A DNA stretch of 64,000 nt from Lama glama (Eukaryota): assembly GCA_028534125.1 (NCBI GenBank), contig CM052817.1:90336001-90400000 (forward strand), read 5' to 3'. A program made the position numbers and the translations under genes. The notes beneath the pieces were generated by a model. It worked only from the letters and a program-made list of their open reading frames with translations. It did not search any database and was not told where the DNA came from. The stretch's first letter is position 1. The number at the start of each line of letters is the position of its first letter. Positions 38,571 through 51,538 of this stretch are shown here, one piece after another.

Positions 38571-39904
38571 GGGATTGAAGCCACATTATCTATTTCACCA
38601 TATTACCAAAACCGGAATTACTCTACATAGGTTTTCTAGCCTGAGATTCTATGTCAAAGATTACATAAGAAGATTGGTCACAGCTATATGGAAGGCATAC
38701 AGAAACACACATGAGTCAAATCTGCATAGTTGGAGATCAACTTGTAGTTTGTATACACTTTCAGCTCAAGGTGAAAGTCTCTTGGAATGCCAAAGACAAG
38801 ACGACATGATGGTCTTATCATTTGACTATTGAATCCTTATTTTTCTATCATTTCTTTATCCTAGCACATGACTTTCCATTATGTTAATAGGACGTGGGAT
38901 AGATGAAACAAAAATGAATACAGTCTCAGCAAAATAGCTAAATTAGTCCTGCTATTTTGTAAAGTAAAACTGTCAGAAGTGGTCTTAGTTTCTATATCAT
39001 AATCTTGATTCTCTCCTGGTATTCTTATTTTAAAGTAGTTTGTTATGATGTTATGACTCTGCAAAAGTTACAAGTTTCACGAGTTATAAAGTTATAAAGC
39101 TTAAGCTGCAAGGAAGAAGGCGCTGAGATAAATGTGACTAATTGAATTTTGCTTTATCAGTCACTTTTAGAATGCTATATACTTGGTTATACTGAGTTTT
39201 CAAATCAAATATCAAAGATAATTTGCTACTGAAAAGCAATCATCTTTGATTTAGCATTAAGAAGATCCATGTAACTCACTGTGCTATTTGCATGTTTAGG
39301 AAACCAAAAATGTGCTAACAGAACAACAACAAAAATTGTTACAGCCCTGTCGGCTTCATTTTAACATGGTTAATGTTTAAGTGCAATTGAAACAGGAATC
39401 AGGACAAGAGTATGATTTGGTTTGCTCTAAACGGAGTCTTTGTTTTTGAGCATCCATACTGCATTTGATAAGACAATACGTATTTAGTTCTATTGAATAA
39501 CTACATTTCCAGTTTTATGAATGCAATCACTGCAATTCAAATGATCATGCAGGCAAATAAATTTGGAAGAGTAACATTTTGATTCTGTGTGATACTAAGT
39601 TATTGTTAGACTTGTCTGCAATATTTTACATTTGTGGGAATCACAGGACCACATGTAACAAAACTTTCATAAATCAAATGTGAAGGAACTAATTTAAAGA
39701 AGACGGTTGAAGTTTTTACATAGCACCACCAAATTAGTTTGAGAAGAGATATATAAAGAAATATAACCTGTGACAGTCTAAGGGAACTTGAATCCTGTTT
39801 ATATTATTTTGTATGTTCTAAATTTGATTTTTCAGCTCTAATGAGGAAAAATGTATTGTTTTCATGACTCAGTTTTCTGCCAAGTATGTTATTAGTTTAA
39901 GATT

Positions 39905-40085
39905 AGTCTAAACATTCCTACATAATTCCCAAGTCGTTTGCACGTATTACTCTTATGTTACTTACAACAGACCCATTAACTCAGTGAGTTTCACCGTCAT
40001 GACTGTCATAAGTCAGTGTCTTAGGTCACCTGATGAGCCAGGTGGCAAACCCGTGATAGCTGGGAACTAGACATACCCTGTTTCC
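39905..40085 (-). mobile_element. Degenerate MIR
   Basis: tttgcacgtattactc, aggtcac.tga.gagccaggtggcaaac..ctgggaactaga. Confidence 0.55.
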
Positions 40086-40876
40086 AGGCGGCACATCGTC
40101 TCCCCATGTCATGTGCTTTTATAAAGGGGACTGTAAGATGGTGCATATTCATATTCTCTCATGTCGTAGTTTTGCATATGTGTATTTTTGTGGTACTTAC
40201 TTCCAGTGCTTTGCTTAGTACTTTCACATTCATATCCATATCTTTTGATAAGTCAGAGGAAACTCTGACTTAAAAACTAATTAAAAAAATAAAGCAAAAT
40301 TATTGCTCAATTAAAAATTGTTAAATAATACCTTTTCAAGGATTAGGGCTTGTGTGTGTGGGGGTGTATATTGTATAATATATACAGATATTAACTATGT
40401 TCATTTTCCTTCTTATTTTTTTGTCCTCACTATTCCATACAACTCATACATTTCTTTTTGCTTAAAAGAATTGAATTTTAAAATGAGATGGGAACTGCAT
40501 TTGATTAAATGCTGAGATTTCTTGGTAAGGAAATAATTGTTTGGATTTGCAGCAGTACAGCTTCTCTATATATCCATTACCTTTTCAAACAATTCTTTAA
40601 TGCTAAATAGGGTTGTTTTCCTCCTTTGCATCGCTTTTCAATATTGTCAGAAACGTTTTCATAATGAAGAGAAAATTACTTCAGTGAAATTTTCATCTTA
40701 TTACATTTCATGTACAGTTCACTTTAATGAATAACTATTTAACTATTCCTTTCAAAGACTCCCAGCTCAACATTATTTCTGCTTTCCTCATTATTGCTGG
40801 TTTATAACTGCATCATTGTAGCCATCAGATTTTTTGCTTCATAATGATGCATCTTTAAAAAAACACTGCTTTTCTT

Positions 40877-41007
40877 TCAGAGAAGCCATACCATTGCTGC
40901 AATACATTCCAGCCCAAGAAAGCAGTCATTCACAGGCTGAGATAGTATTTCATCCATGTTGTAAATGTCACATGCCGTAGCATCTGAGGCCAGGCGTTCT
41001 TTGAACA
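40877..41007 (-). CDS. Candidate exon of an unidentified - strand transcript
   Basis: Minus-strand acceptor aactatcatttcag. Open frame FKERLASDATACDIYNMDEILSQPVNDCFLGLECIAAMVWLL*, with a possible internal donor ATG|gtatgg and ATTAAA at 40723-40728 (-). No homolog recognised. Confidence 0.25.
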
Positions 41008-41066
41008 CTGAAATGATAGTTATATTACACTTCAATATGCTCATACCAAGCTCAACAATATAAAGT

Positions 41067-41566
41067 NNNNNNNNNNNNNNNNNNNNNNNNNNNNNNNNNN
41101 NNNNNNNNNNNNNNNNNNNNNNNNNNNNNNNNNNNNNNNNNNNNNNNNNNNNNNNNNNNNNNNNNNNNNNNNNNNNNNNNNNNNNNNNNNNNNNNNNNNN
41201 NNNNNNNNNNNNNNNNNNNNNNNNNNNNNNNNNNNNNNNNNNNNNNNNNNNNNNNNNNNNNNNNNNNNNNNNNNNNNNNNNNNNNNNNNNNNNNNNNNNN
41301 NNNNNNNNNNNNNNNNNNNNNNNNNNNNNNNNNNNNNNNNNNNNNNNNNNNNNNNNNNNNNNNNNNNNNNNNNNNNNNNNNNNNNNNNNNNNNNNNNNNN
41401 NNNNNNNNNNNNNNNNNNNNNNNNNNNNNNNNNNNNNNNNNNNNNNNNNNNNNNNNNNNNNNNNNNNNNNNNNNNNNNNNNNNNNNNNNNNNNNNNNNNN
41501 NNNNNNNNNNNNNNNNNNNNNNNNNNNNNNNNNNNNNNNNNNNNNNNNNNNNNNNNNNNNNNNNNN
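41067..41566. other. Assembly gap (500 N)
   Basis: N run. Confidence 1.
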
Positions 41567-41750
41567 ATATAAAATTCAATTTTCAATGCCCATAAATAAA
41601 GTTTTATTGGAACACAATTATGTCCATTCATTTACATATTTTCTCTGGCTGCTTTCATGCTACAGCAGCAGAGCTGAACAGCTGTGACAGACAGAGACCA
41701 TATGGCCCACAAAGCCTAAAATATTTACTAGCAGGCCTTTCACAAAAAAA
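41567..41750 (+). mobile_element. MER58B-like hAT-Charlie MITE (partial, abuts gap)
   Basis: cataaataaagttttattggaacac..ggctgctttcatgctaca..atggcccacaaagcctaaaatatttact. Confidence 0.9.
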
Positions 41751-41839
41751 GAAAAAGAAAGAGCGAAAAAGAAAGAAAGAAATGTGCTTAAGACTATACT
41801 ACAGAAGAAGTTTCCTAAACCGAGCTTTCATTATTACGA

Positions 41840-42030
41840 GTCTGGATAGCTCCTCAGAGCAGAGGCTTTGAAGCCTGGCTCCTCCATTTACCAGGTCTGT
41901 GATCTTGGGAAATTGACGTATCGTCTGTGTGTGTCAGTACTCAGTTTATAATAATACAACACAGAGCTCAGAGGGTGAGAATACCATGAATTATTATATG
42001 GCAGGTCCTGAGACTACCGACAATAAAATT
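41840..42030 (+). mobile_element. Degenerate MIR
   Basis: caggctttgaagcc..ccatttacca..tgtgatcttggg.aa.tga. Confidence 0.65.
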
Positions 42031-43144
42031 AGCGTTTTTTTCCTTTTCAGATGTCCTTTCCAATTTAGATTGTGTAATATTATTAAACATACGTGTTATT
42101 TTTAACACTGATCTCTGGAAAAACAAAAATAGCTTTCAAAATTCACAAATATTATATAACAACAATCTCACAATGTAAATTAATTCATAAATCTGTCTAT
42201 ATTAAATCCTAATGAAGGATTAAGGGGCAATGGCAGAGATTTACAAAAAAGGATAAGAAAAAAATGTACATAGTAGGTGAGAGATTAAAAATAACTGGAA
42301 ATAGAAAAGAATTTCTTCCTAACATAGTGGAGGGGTTAAGTTTACACAAAAAATGAATCTATATTCTGTATTCCTGAACCCATTTGACTTAACCCTTAAA
42401 ATCCACTTAACCTTTAAAATCCACTTAACAAAATAAACTCAAGATGCTAGAATATAAAGAAATATGATCATTTATATTTTCCCTCCCATATATTTTTAAA
42501 GAATTTAATGCTTTTAATAACACAAAAAAATTTTCTCCAATATACTAATTAGTTGAACACAAGAATTTACCAATGCATCCAGGTCTCCTGGAATAGTAAA
42601 TCAAGTCTTTTCATTTTTGTTCTCCAAGTTTTCACAAGATTTCTGTAGGCAAGTTAATTGTTTAGGTATTTAATAAAAATAGAATCAAAGAGCAGCAACT
42701 TCTAGCCTTTCCAGGAAATTTTAGGATTAGATATGAATTTGGATGAGTTGGTACAAATTTGCTTAAATTCATAAATATATTTGCATATTTGTAGCTCATT
42801 TTTACTTCTGCTTTTAGGTTTGCTTTCAGCTTATGTGATAATATTCATGGAATTTTCTTTTTCACTGGCAACATTTTTAGCAGTGTGAGATAAAGTTTTA
42901 TTGATAGTCATACATTCAGTTTATTTAACTTCTTAAGCCATATACATTTGCTGTATTATCATAATAACTTTGACAAATCCATAGCTCGTGTCATGTGTAG
43001 AACTAAAGTATATACTTTTATTAGAAAGTATACACCTTTATACCCTGACTAATGTATTTAAATAAACCTGGTTTTAGTTTTGTTTGTTCTTGTCTCTCCA
43101 CTTCCCCATCATCACTCAGTGGTTTTATATGGGTAAGAAATTTC

Positions 43145-43420
43145 ACACACACAAAGATAATACAGGATGTTCCATTTATGGGAAATTCAAGAACAAGCAA
43201 AGCTAATTGGTAGTAATAAAAGTCACAATAGTGGTTACCTCTGATTGCGAGTGGGTGCAGGTATCGGCTGCAAAAAGGCACAAGGAAACCTTCTGGAGAA
43301 ATGAAACTTTCCCTGTCTTTAATTGGGGTAGTCATTACCGGAGTGGACATGTGTAAAAACGTATCAAGCTGTATATGTTTATTTCAATAAAGTGTGTATT
43401 TCAATAAAGTGCACCACAAT
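43145..43420 (+). mobile_element. L1ME-like 3' UTR end
   Basis: ttccattta..aaattcaagaacaagcaaagctaat..aagtca.aatagtggttacc..ttctgga..aatg. Confidence 0.75.
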
Positions 43421-44199
43421 GTTTAAAGAGAAAATGAGAAAGAGTAATATCCGGATTATCCCACAGTAGAGTTTTAGAACTGTAGCTCATCAATAGAATT
43501 GGAAACAGTTGTGCACAAAGTGAATGAAAAGAGGCCAAGTCACGGAGTAAGATTCCACAGCGGGTGGGAAACTAAAAGTCATCCCGGGGACACTGAACAG
43601 TGGTGAGAGCAGTAGCAAAGCACTCCAAGTCTAGCTTTCCATTGTTCTTCATTCACCCTCTGAAATCACCACAGCCTTTTCTTACTCCTGTTGCCATCCT
43701 CAACATAAAAAAACATCTGGGAAAGCAGGCAACACACAACAGCAGCTGTTAGTATTGGCAGCGAGGAAAGGAAGAGAACACAGAGATGGCAGCGTGGAGC
43801 AGAACAGCCGTAAAACCGGGCCAAGTAGCAGCAGCGTGCCCAAGGATGGCAGAGAACTGAGTACCAGCAAGGGCGGCCAGCAACATTTCCACTTTCTAAA
43901 GCTCCTAAGAAAACTTAAACACAAGTAACTGTTCTTAGTCAAATCATGGATCTATAAACAATAATTCAAATGCCCTTTTCATAAAAACATGCCCAGCTTC
44001 TCAGTATCCCAAACCACTTATTCTCACCCTGATATTTTTACTAACATCTTTCAGCTTACTAAGTACTTAAGAGTTTACTAAGTAAATCTTGGGTAAGAGG
44101 AAATACCTGGCAACACATTTGCAGGCTTCTTTGTATTTCTCAGCAATTTCATGGAGCCTTGGTAAGTAAGCTGTGAACTTGCCATCAACATGCCTGCCA

Positions 44200-46790
44200 A
44201 GGACAGGCGAGCAAGAGACAAAGACTAGGACACCAGGGCACTTAGGAGGAGACCCTGCATAAAGCCCAAAGGAAGATAATAGGATAAATCCAAATGTAAA
44301 GTTATTATGACAAATACGAGTAAATGAAAAACCCATGGTAGCTGTGCTACTCCTATGGTAAATAAGAAAAGTTGTCAGGTTGCAATTTTTTTAAAAATCA
44401 AAAACACATAGCAGGAAAACTTTATCCAAAAGAAAGTTGGTATTGACTAGAATTTTAACAAAAACCAATATTAAAAATAAAGTTATATATTGATAAATGA
44501 GTTGACTTTTTTTTCCAGTAAGAAAAACTAATTCTAAACTTCTATTCACCAAATAAAGTTTTGTAAAGTAAAAACCAACTGAAAGAATTACAAAGAGGAA
44601 TTCACAGATTTACCACAGCAAGAGGATTTTAACACAGCTCTCTTGGATAGATCCATCTACCTAAACCAGAAAGTATATACAAAAATTAAAGAACAAAATA
44701 ATAATGTAAAGAACATATTCCTCAGGAATTATTTTAAGCATACATCAAGCATTTATGAAAATTTATGTGAATTTCTATAAATTCAAAATAATCATTATAA
44801 AACACCATGCCCTAAGTTAATTTTTAAAAATTTAAGATAAGTAGAACTTCCCCCTTAGCTAAAGTTTAAGAATGCAAACCTATATAAATCCTGAATCAAA
44901 GATAAATCTTACTGAGATACAATGAATTTAGATGTAAATCATAAAATACAGAATTCAGGTTATGTGATACACTGAGGTAAATAAACTAAGTTAAAAGCAT
45001 ATTTTAAATGCTAATTTTAGGACAGATATGTGTAAAGGATTAAATGAAAAGACTAATCCACTAATATAAGAAAGAAAAAGATTAGAATACATCAGAAGAA
45101 TATAAAAACAAGGAATAATAAAAACAAAAATTCATTACACAGAAAACAAAAATACAAAAGAAAAGTCAAAATAAAAATATTTTTAAAGACTAATATTTTA
45201 AAATCTATGGTAAGAGTGGTTAGGAAAAATGTACTCTAATATATTTGAGAAGCTATAAGAAATGACAACTTTCTAGAAAAATAAGTTGTATCAAAATGGG
45301 CTGAGGAAGAGACTGACAACTTGAATAGTACAATAACTAAGATTGAACTGATAGCTGAGTATCTTTCTCTCATTAAAACCCACAGATCTAAGTGATATCA
45401 GGATTACCAAATAATCAAAAGACAAGTGATTACAACTCTACTATGATTCGTTCAAAGAATAGGAAAAAAATAGCTTCAACTTATTGTACAAGCCAGAATA
45501 ATCTTTGGTTTTTTTTTAATAGATTTTTATAGTTTTAGAGCAGTTTCAGGTTAGCAGCAGAATTGAGAAGAAAATACAGGGAGTTTGCACATAGCCCTTC
45601 CCCACCTACACATATATACTCCCCTACCCTCAACATCCCTCATCAGTGTGGCATAGTTGGTACAATCGATGAAACAACAGGGACACATTATTATCAACCA
45701 AAGTCCATAGTTTACATTAGGGTTCACTCTTGATGTTGCGCAGTCTATGGGTTTTGACAAATGCATAATGACATGTAGCCACCACTATAGTATCATATAG
45801 AATAATTTCACTGCCCTAAAAATCCCTTGTGCTCCATTTATTTATTCCTCCCTCCCTCCCTCTCTCCAAAGCCCTGGAAACCAAAATCTTTTTATTGTTT
45901 TTGTAGCTGTGCCTTTTCCAGAACATCATCTGGTTGGAATTTTTTCAGACTGCAAACCAGCATAATTTTATCAATACCATGTATGGACATACGAGAAAGA
46001 AAAAAATATAGATAAATTCCATTCTTAAATATGGAAACAAAAAATCCTGAGTAAATAATAAGGAAGGTGAATCTTTCAATATATAAAACCATGACCAAGT
46101 TGGATTTATCTTGGGAATTCAAGTTTGGTATAACATTGTGAAAGTTCACTAATTAATGGATTGAGAAAATACCATTAAACACCTTAAAGACACTCCTGAA
46201 GAAGTAATACAAGGTGAAGAGATTTACCAACCATAGGTACCATGCCACAGAAAGAAATCCAAAATGTTATGAATGTAGAAATAGAAAAATAAATTAATAC
46301 AATAGAACAGTGTCCAGAAAAAAAAGATCCACTCTAGACATACATCCTAGACTGAGAAGACATACGTACAAATGTTTATGGAAGCACACTTTGTAATAGC
46401 AAACAAACTAAAACAACCAAATATACATCAGAAACTGAGTAAAATAAATTGCCTTACATTAATATAAAGTCACACTCTTTGAAAGTTAGAAGAAATTAAA
46501 TATGGCTACAGGCAGTAACATAAAAATGAAATTGAGAAACAATGCTAAGTGAAAAATTCTAGAATAGTACATATAGTGATTTAATTTAGACAATTTTTTA
46601 AAATATACAAGTAATGTATAAATACATATGTGTAAATACACATGTGTTAATTTATAAATAAAAATGTATTAAACCATAAAGAAAAATAAGAAAATAAGAA
46701 ACAATATTTCAGATATAGATTGTGTATGGAGGGGAAGGGGAACCTGATAGGATCAATAAAGAGCACTGGGGATTTCAAAGGAACTCAAAA
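44200..46790 (+). mobile_element. Ancient L1 ORF2/3' remnant (sense), interrupted by L1MC
   Basis: A-rich degenerate ORF2 (catgaccaagttggatttatcttgggaattcaag.ttggt, acaaatgtttat.gaagcacactttgtaatagcaaa). Confidence 0.7.
45507..45950 (-). mobile_element. L1MC1-like 3' end nested in older L1
   Basis: caaagtccatagtttacattagggttcactcttga; TSD-like caagccagaataatctt / caaaccagcataatttt flanks. Confidence 0.88.
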
Positions 46791-46810
46791 TATAGAAATA
46801 AATAATATAG

Positions 46811-47992
46811 CTAAATACCATACAACTTAATAACAACAACAACAACAACAAAAAACCCAATCCAAAAATGGGCAGAAGACCTAAACAAGCAGTTCTCCAA
46901 GGAAGACATACCAATGGCCAATAGGCACATGAAAACATGTTCAACATCACTAATTATCAGAGAAATGAAAATCAAAACTACAATGAAGTATCACCTTATA
47001 CTGGTCAGAATGGTCGTCATTCAAAAGTCCACAAATGATAAATGCTGGAGAGGGTGTGGAGAAAAGGGAACCCTCCTACATTGCTGGTGGAATTTGTTGG
47101 TGCAGCAATTATGGAAAACAGTACTGAGATTCCTCAGACAGGTAAAAATAGACTTACCTTATGATCTAGCAATCCCACTCCTGGGCATATATCCAGAGGG
47201 AACTCTTAATTTGAAAAGATAAATGCACCCCAATATTCATAGCAGCACTATATACAATAGCCAATACATGGAAGCAACCTAAATGTCCATTAACAGATGA
47301 CTGGATAAAGAAGTTGTGGTATATTTATACAGTGGAATACTACTCAGCCATAAAAAAGAATAAAATAATGCCATTTGCAGCAACATGAATGGACCTGGAG
47401 ATCATCATTCTAAGTGAAGTAAGCCAGAAAGAGAAAGAAAAATACCATATGATACCACTGATATGTGGAATTAAAAAAAAAAAAAAGAAAAGAAAAAAGA
47501 GGACACTATCCCATTTACAAAACAGAAACAGACTCACAGACATAGTAAATAATCTTATGGTTACCAGGGGAAAGAGAGTGGGAAGGATAAATTTGATAGT
47601 TTGAGATTTGCAAATTTTAGCCACTGTATATAAAAATGGATAAAAAACCAGATTTCTTCTGTATAATACAGGGAACTATATTCAATACCTTGTAATAATT
47701 TTTAATGAAAAAGAATTTGAAAACAAATATATATATANNNNNNNNNNNNNNNNNNNNNNNNNNNNNNNNNNNNNNNNNNNNNNNNNNNNNNNNNNNNNNN
47801 NNNNNNNNNNNNNNNNNNNNNNNNNNNNNNNNNNNNNATTTGAAAACAAATATATATATACACACGTATATATGTGTGTGTATACATATATATATACATA
47901 CACATAACTGGGACATTGTGCTGTACACCAGAAGTTGACACATTGTGACTAACTATACTTCAATTTAAAAACAATTTTTTAAGAGAAAAAAA
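46811..47992 (+). mobile_element. Young lineage-specific L1 3' end (ORF2 C-terminus plus 3' UTR)
   Basis: ORFs 46914-47222 ([35 protein letters not shown]) and 47389-47604 are L1 ORF2; reverse complement of the 18.5-19.5 kb copy. Confidence 0.95.
47738..47837. other. Assembly gap (100 N), probably spurious
   Basis: atttgaaaacaaatatatatata is repeated on both sides of the gap. Confidence 0.95.
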
Positions 47993-48269
47993 GAAATAGT
48001 ATTATAGAAATATATGCAGAATAACAGAATATATTAATAATATATATAGCATATATAATATATATAGGAACACAGAAATGCTATTTATTTCTTACTCTGG
48101 GTGGTTGACAGCTTCACATGTGTGTGCCTTCTGTTTACTCTATAGCTTACCATAGGTATTTTGTATGCCTTTGATGCTTTAAAAAGCTATCAGAAAATAT
48201 ATAACCATGCATACAGTAGTGCTTTTAAAAAAAATTAAATATTTTTCTTTCAACAACAGACTTACCTAG

Positions 48270-48445
48270 ATGCAAAGATGCTGAAAGCAGACAGCTTCAG
48301 TTTGCATAATGACTTTTTCACTAATTAGTTCTGTAACCTTGGGCAACATCTCTAACCTCTCTCTGCTTCAGTTTCCTCATCTGTAAAATAGTAATTTAGA
48401 ACACCATCAGTCATGCAGGAAACATTCAATAAATGTTAGCTATAC
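48270..48445 (+). mobile_element. MIR SINE
   Basis: tgtaaccttgggcaa..taacctctctctgcttcagtttcctcatctgtaaaat..caataaatgttagcta. Confidence 0.9.
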
Positions 48446-48888
48446 TGGCATGGAGTAATAAAAATCACTTTAAAACAATATTAATCAAAGAATACTGCCA
48501 TTAGCTTTGAGAAAAAATATTTGTTACGCATGACCTTTAGATTGTAATTATTAATTTTTTTTTAACTATTCTGACAGGTAAAATCTATGACACACACAGA
48601 CAAATCTGATAAAACTAACTTTAACAGCTGAGAAAGTACAGTATTTAAATCTACTTACCACAAAGAAGGACAAGCAAGTTCTTAAAACTGAGGGGCCTAC
48701 AATAATTTACTGAGCAGATGCTACACCACCCTAAAAGGTCTCCCAACCTATGAGACCTTAAGAGGACCATCTTCACAGCAGAGCCTAATGAAGCCTGCCC
48801 TTCTGTCTGATACATTAACTCAAGCACATAACTACCAGCTGGCAAGCTGGGGCCTTAACAATTTCAGGCACATGCAGAAGAACTTCCC

Positions 48889-49070
48889 CAGTGGTCTGCA
48901 CCCTTAGCTAGACACTAGAAATACCTAGGGAGTTCGAAAAACATTCTCATGCCCAGGCCACACCCAAGCCAATTTAATCAGGATTTCTGGGAATGGGACC
49001 CAGGAAGCAGTAAGTTTAAAAATCTTGGCAGGAGATTCTAAAAATGCAGCCAAGGTTGAGAAAAACCATC
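48889..49070. mobile_element. MER5A-like hAT-Charlie MITE
   Basis: cagtggt..atgcccaggccacaccca..aatcag..tctggg..tgggacccagg..gattcta..atgcagccaaggttgagaa. Confidence 0.88.
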
Positions 49071-50462
49071 CTAGAACAAGTCCCCATCACTCTACCCTGA
49101 AAAACCCAGTCTGTGCCCCACGTGGGTGGAATTTTACTTGTCCCTGGATAAGCTAGCCTACCTAGGATTGATGGTCTGAAGTCGTAAAGGTTCATTTTCT
49201 TTTTTCTTTTTCTTTTTTTTTGGTAAGGTAAAGCCTTTGTTTTATGTATATAAAAACCATAAAATGAACAAACCACTGAGGAACCTATGGATTAACCTAT
49301 GGTTAAAATCCTGTGTAGAATCATACAACTCAGGAAAATCTCAGTCACAAGTATACATCAGTGTGCGTTACCCCACCGACCATGGAGTCCTGAACGATCA
49401 CGTCATGGTCATGAAACTACTTAAAATTCACAATGACATTTAAAAAGTACTCTTCAATCTCCATGAGAGGTGTACCAAATAGGCAAAAAATGAGATGTGG
49501 GTTGATCCCATTTCATAGATGGGAAAGTCCATTTAGACTCTTTTAAAACAAAAACTAAGATGTGGTATGATTATTAGAAACTACGTTCCTAACTGAATCA
49601 TACAATGTACATCAAAAGTCTGTGGGCACCAACTATAGAGTCCTGCAGTATTTAGACTGCTGAGTTTAAACGTAGGCGTATTTCTTATACTTAAGTCATA
49701 AGAAGCTGCCGATTATTTTCTTGGAGACATTTACTTATACCATACCACTTTCAAAAAGGTTGACTAAGCTGACCCTTTTCAGCACAGATACGCAGATTTT
49801 AAGACATTTTATTACTTAGTTCAGTTTTTGAAAACAGATTGTTTTTTCAAGACAATTCTTTATACAAATGCTTAAGCCGAGCTCAGGTATTTCTGTTCAC
49901 CACTCACTTGGAGGATTTTCCCCCCGTTGTGCGTTATGATTTGATCATCATCTTCATGTCTTAAATGCATTAACAGGGAAGCAAACACTATCAATTATTG
50001 TGATTCCTACAGTGAAAAATTCATCTTCATCTATTAGAAAGCCTAACCATATAGTGATTTTGAGTAGAATTATTAATAAGCATCATTCTCCTCTTGCAAG
50101 GGAAAGAAAAGTACAAGAATGATTAAAGACACAGGTAAGAGCAGATCTTAACTATACTGGGAAGAAGAAAAATATTTAAGAGAATTGGAATAGAAGAGAC
50201 AGGAATGGATGTAGGTTTCTAGAGATGGTCCCTAATGTCATGGTAGATGGAATTTTCCATTTACTCAAAGGCACATGAATCTAACCAGTGTATAAAGTAT
50301 CCTTATGTTATTGGCAGGAAAATTAAGATATTTGGGTGAATTAGGGTAGAGATGCGCCAGAAGACAAGGGGAGAGTAGGTCCAATACTGGAGATGATGAG
50401 CAGAATTGCATCAAAACTAACCAGCAAAACCCATGATAAAAGACATACACAGAACCGAGGGC

Positions 50463-50840
50463 TGTGTAGAGATGCCGTCCGTGCTCCTACAGTTCCCCTT
50501 TACCAGGCTGGTGCACCACATCCACCGTGGATGTTGCTTACTAATGGTTCCCCACAGCTACCCCTTTCTCCAGAGAACTGACCTCAGCCTTAGAATATTT
50601 ATCGCCATCACCTCTTCCCAACAGTTCAACTGATGAGAGAGAAAAAAGGTTCCCCCTTATCCTCAACCCTTCACTTCACCAGCCTCAAAACTGGATCAAC
50701 TCTGTGGTATAATTCAGCTCCAGAGTCCTGTTTGGGATCAGGATAAAGCTAGTCTCACATTCTCTGAGAATACTCCCCCCAAACCCCGTGAGTAACAATC
50801 CCCAGCTTGGGCTCTCTGTCTAGGGAACCTCATCTAAACT
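50463..50840 (+). mobile_element. ERVL solo LTR, LTR16 family-like
   Basis: cccctttacc.ggc.ggtgcacc, cacagct.ccc.tt.ctcc.gagaa, actctgtggt, tctagggaacc..ctaa end. Confidence 0.75.
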
Positions 50841-51538
50841 CTTGAAGTTCTGTACTCTTAGCCGGCGTGGAGCGAGGGATGTGTCAATTAAGAGAAAGCC
50901 TGAACTCATGGCTCATGGGGTTTCTTGCGGCTGGGGACGAGGTACGCCAGCACCCCAGGACCCATCTTCTTGTTATGTAAAAAAATATAAATTGCATATC
51001 TCCACGCTCCAGGTCTTTCTCACATCATAAGGCTACTGGTAGTTTTAGTGCACTGGGCCGGTCATACTTTCCAAAGAGCATACCTTTATTGTGAACATGG
51101 GTGTCCAGCCCTTGTGGACAACCAGCCTCCAGCTCCTGATGGCACATAGGAACAACAACACTATGATCTGGCAGAAACACGTTTGCATTTTGCATTCAAC
51201 AAACTCTTTGGGTTTGTAAGGCTTTACTTTTCAGTGACTTGATGTGTTTTACCTGAGGTACAAAGCGGTGATGAACCTGCCTGCCTCCACCAGACAGTTC
51301 CTCAAGACTTACTTGTGGTCCTTTACTCTGTAGGACTCACTGACAAGGGTGTGTTCGCCACCCCACGGGAGAGAACACAGTCAAAGGCCCACCTGGACTC
51401 GGCAAGTTCCACAGACTTCCGTTAAGGAATCCTGAATGATAAATGTTGGCAAATAATTCTCTGTTCTACACCAGTTCTCAACTAGCTGCAACAGACAGCC
51501 CCCAAGAAAAGATACTACTTGAAATTCAAAGTCGAGTA

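Noticed and set aside
41041..41631. 175-196 aa ORFs
   Set aside because: Artefacts of translating through N gaps; likewise the ORFs at 34512-34888 and 47617-47943.
42386..42430. Short direct repeats (cttaacc(c/t)ttaaaatcca x2; similar duplications at 7771, 9069, 10371, 27448, 43380)
   Set aside because: Two-copy slippage duplications without spacers; not CRISPR-like or regularly spaced arrays.
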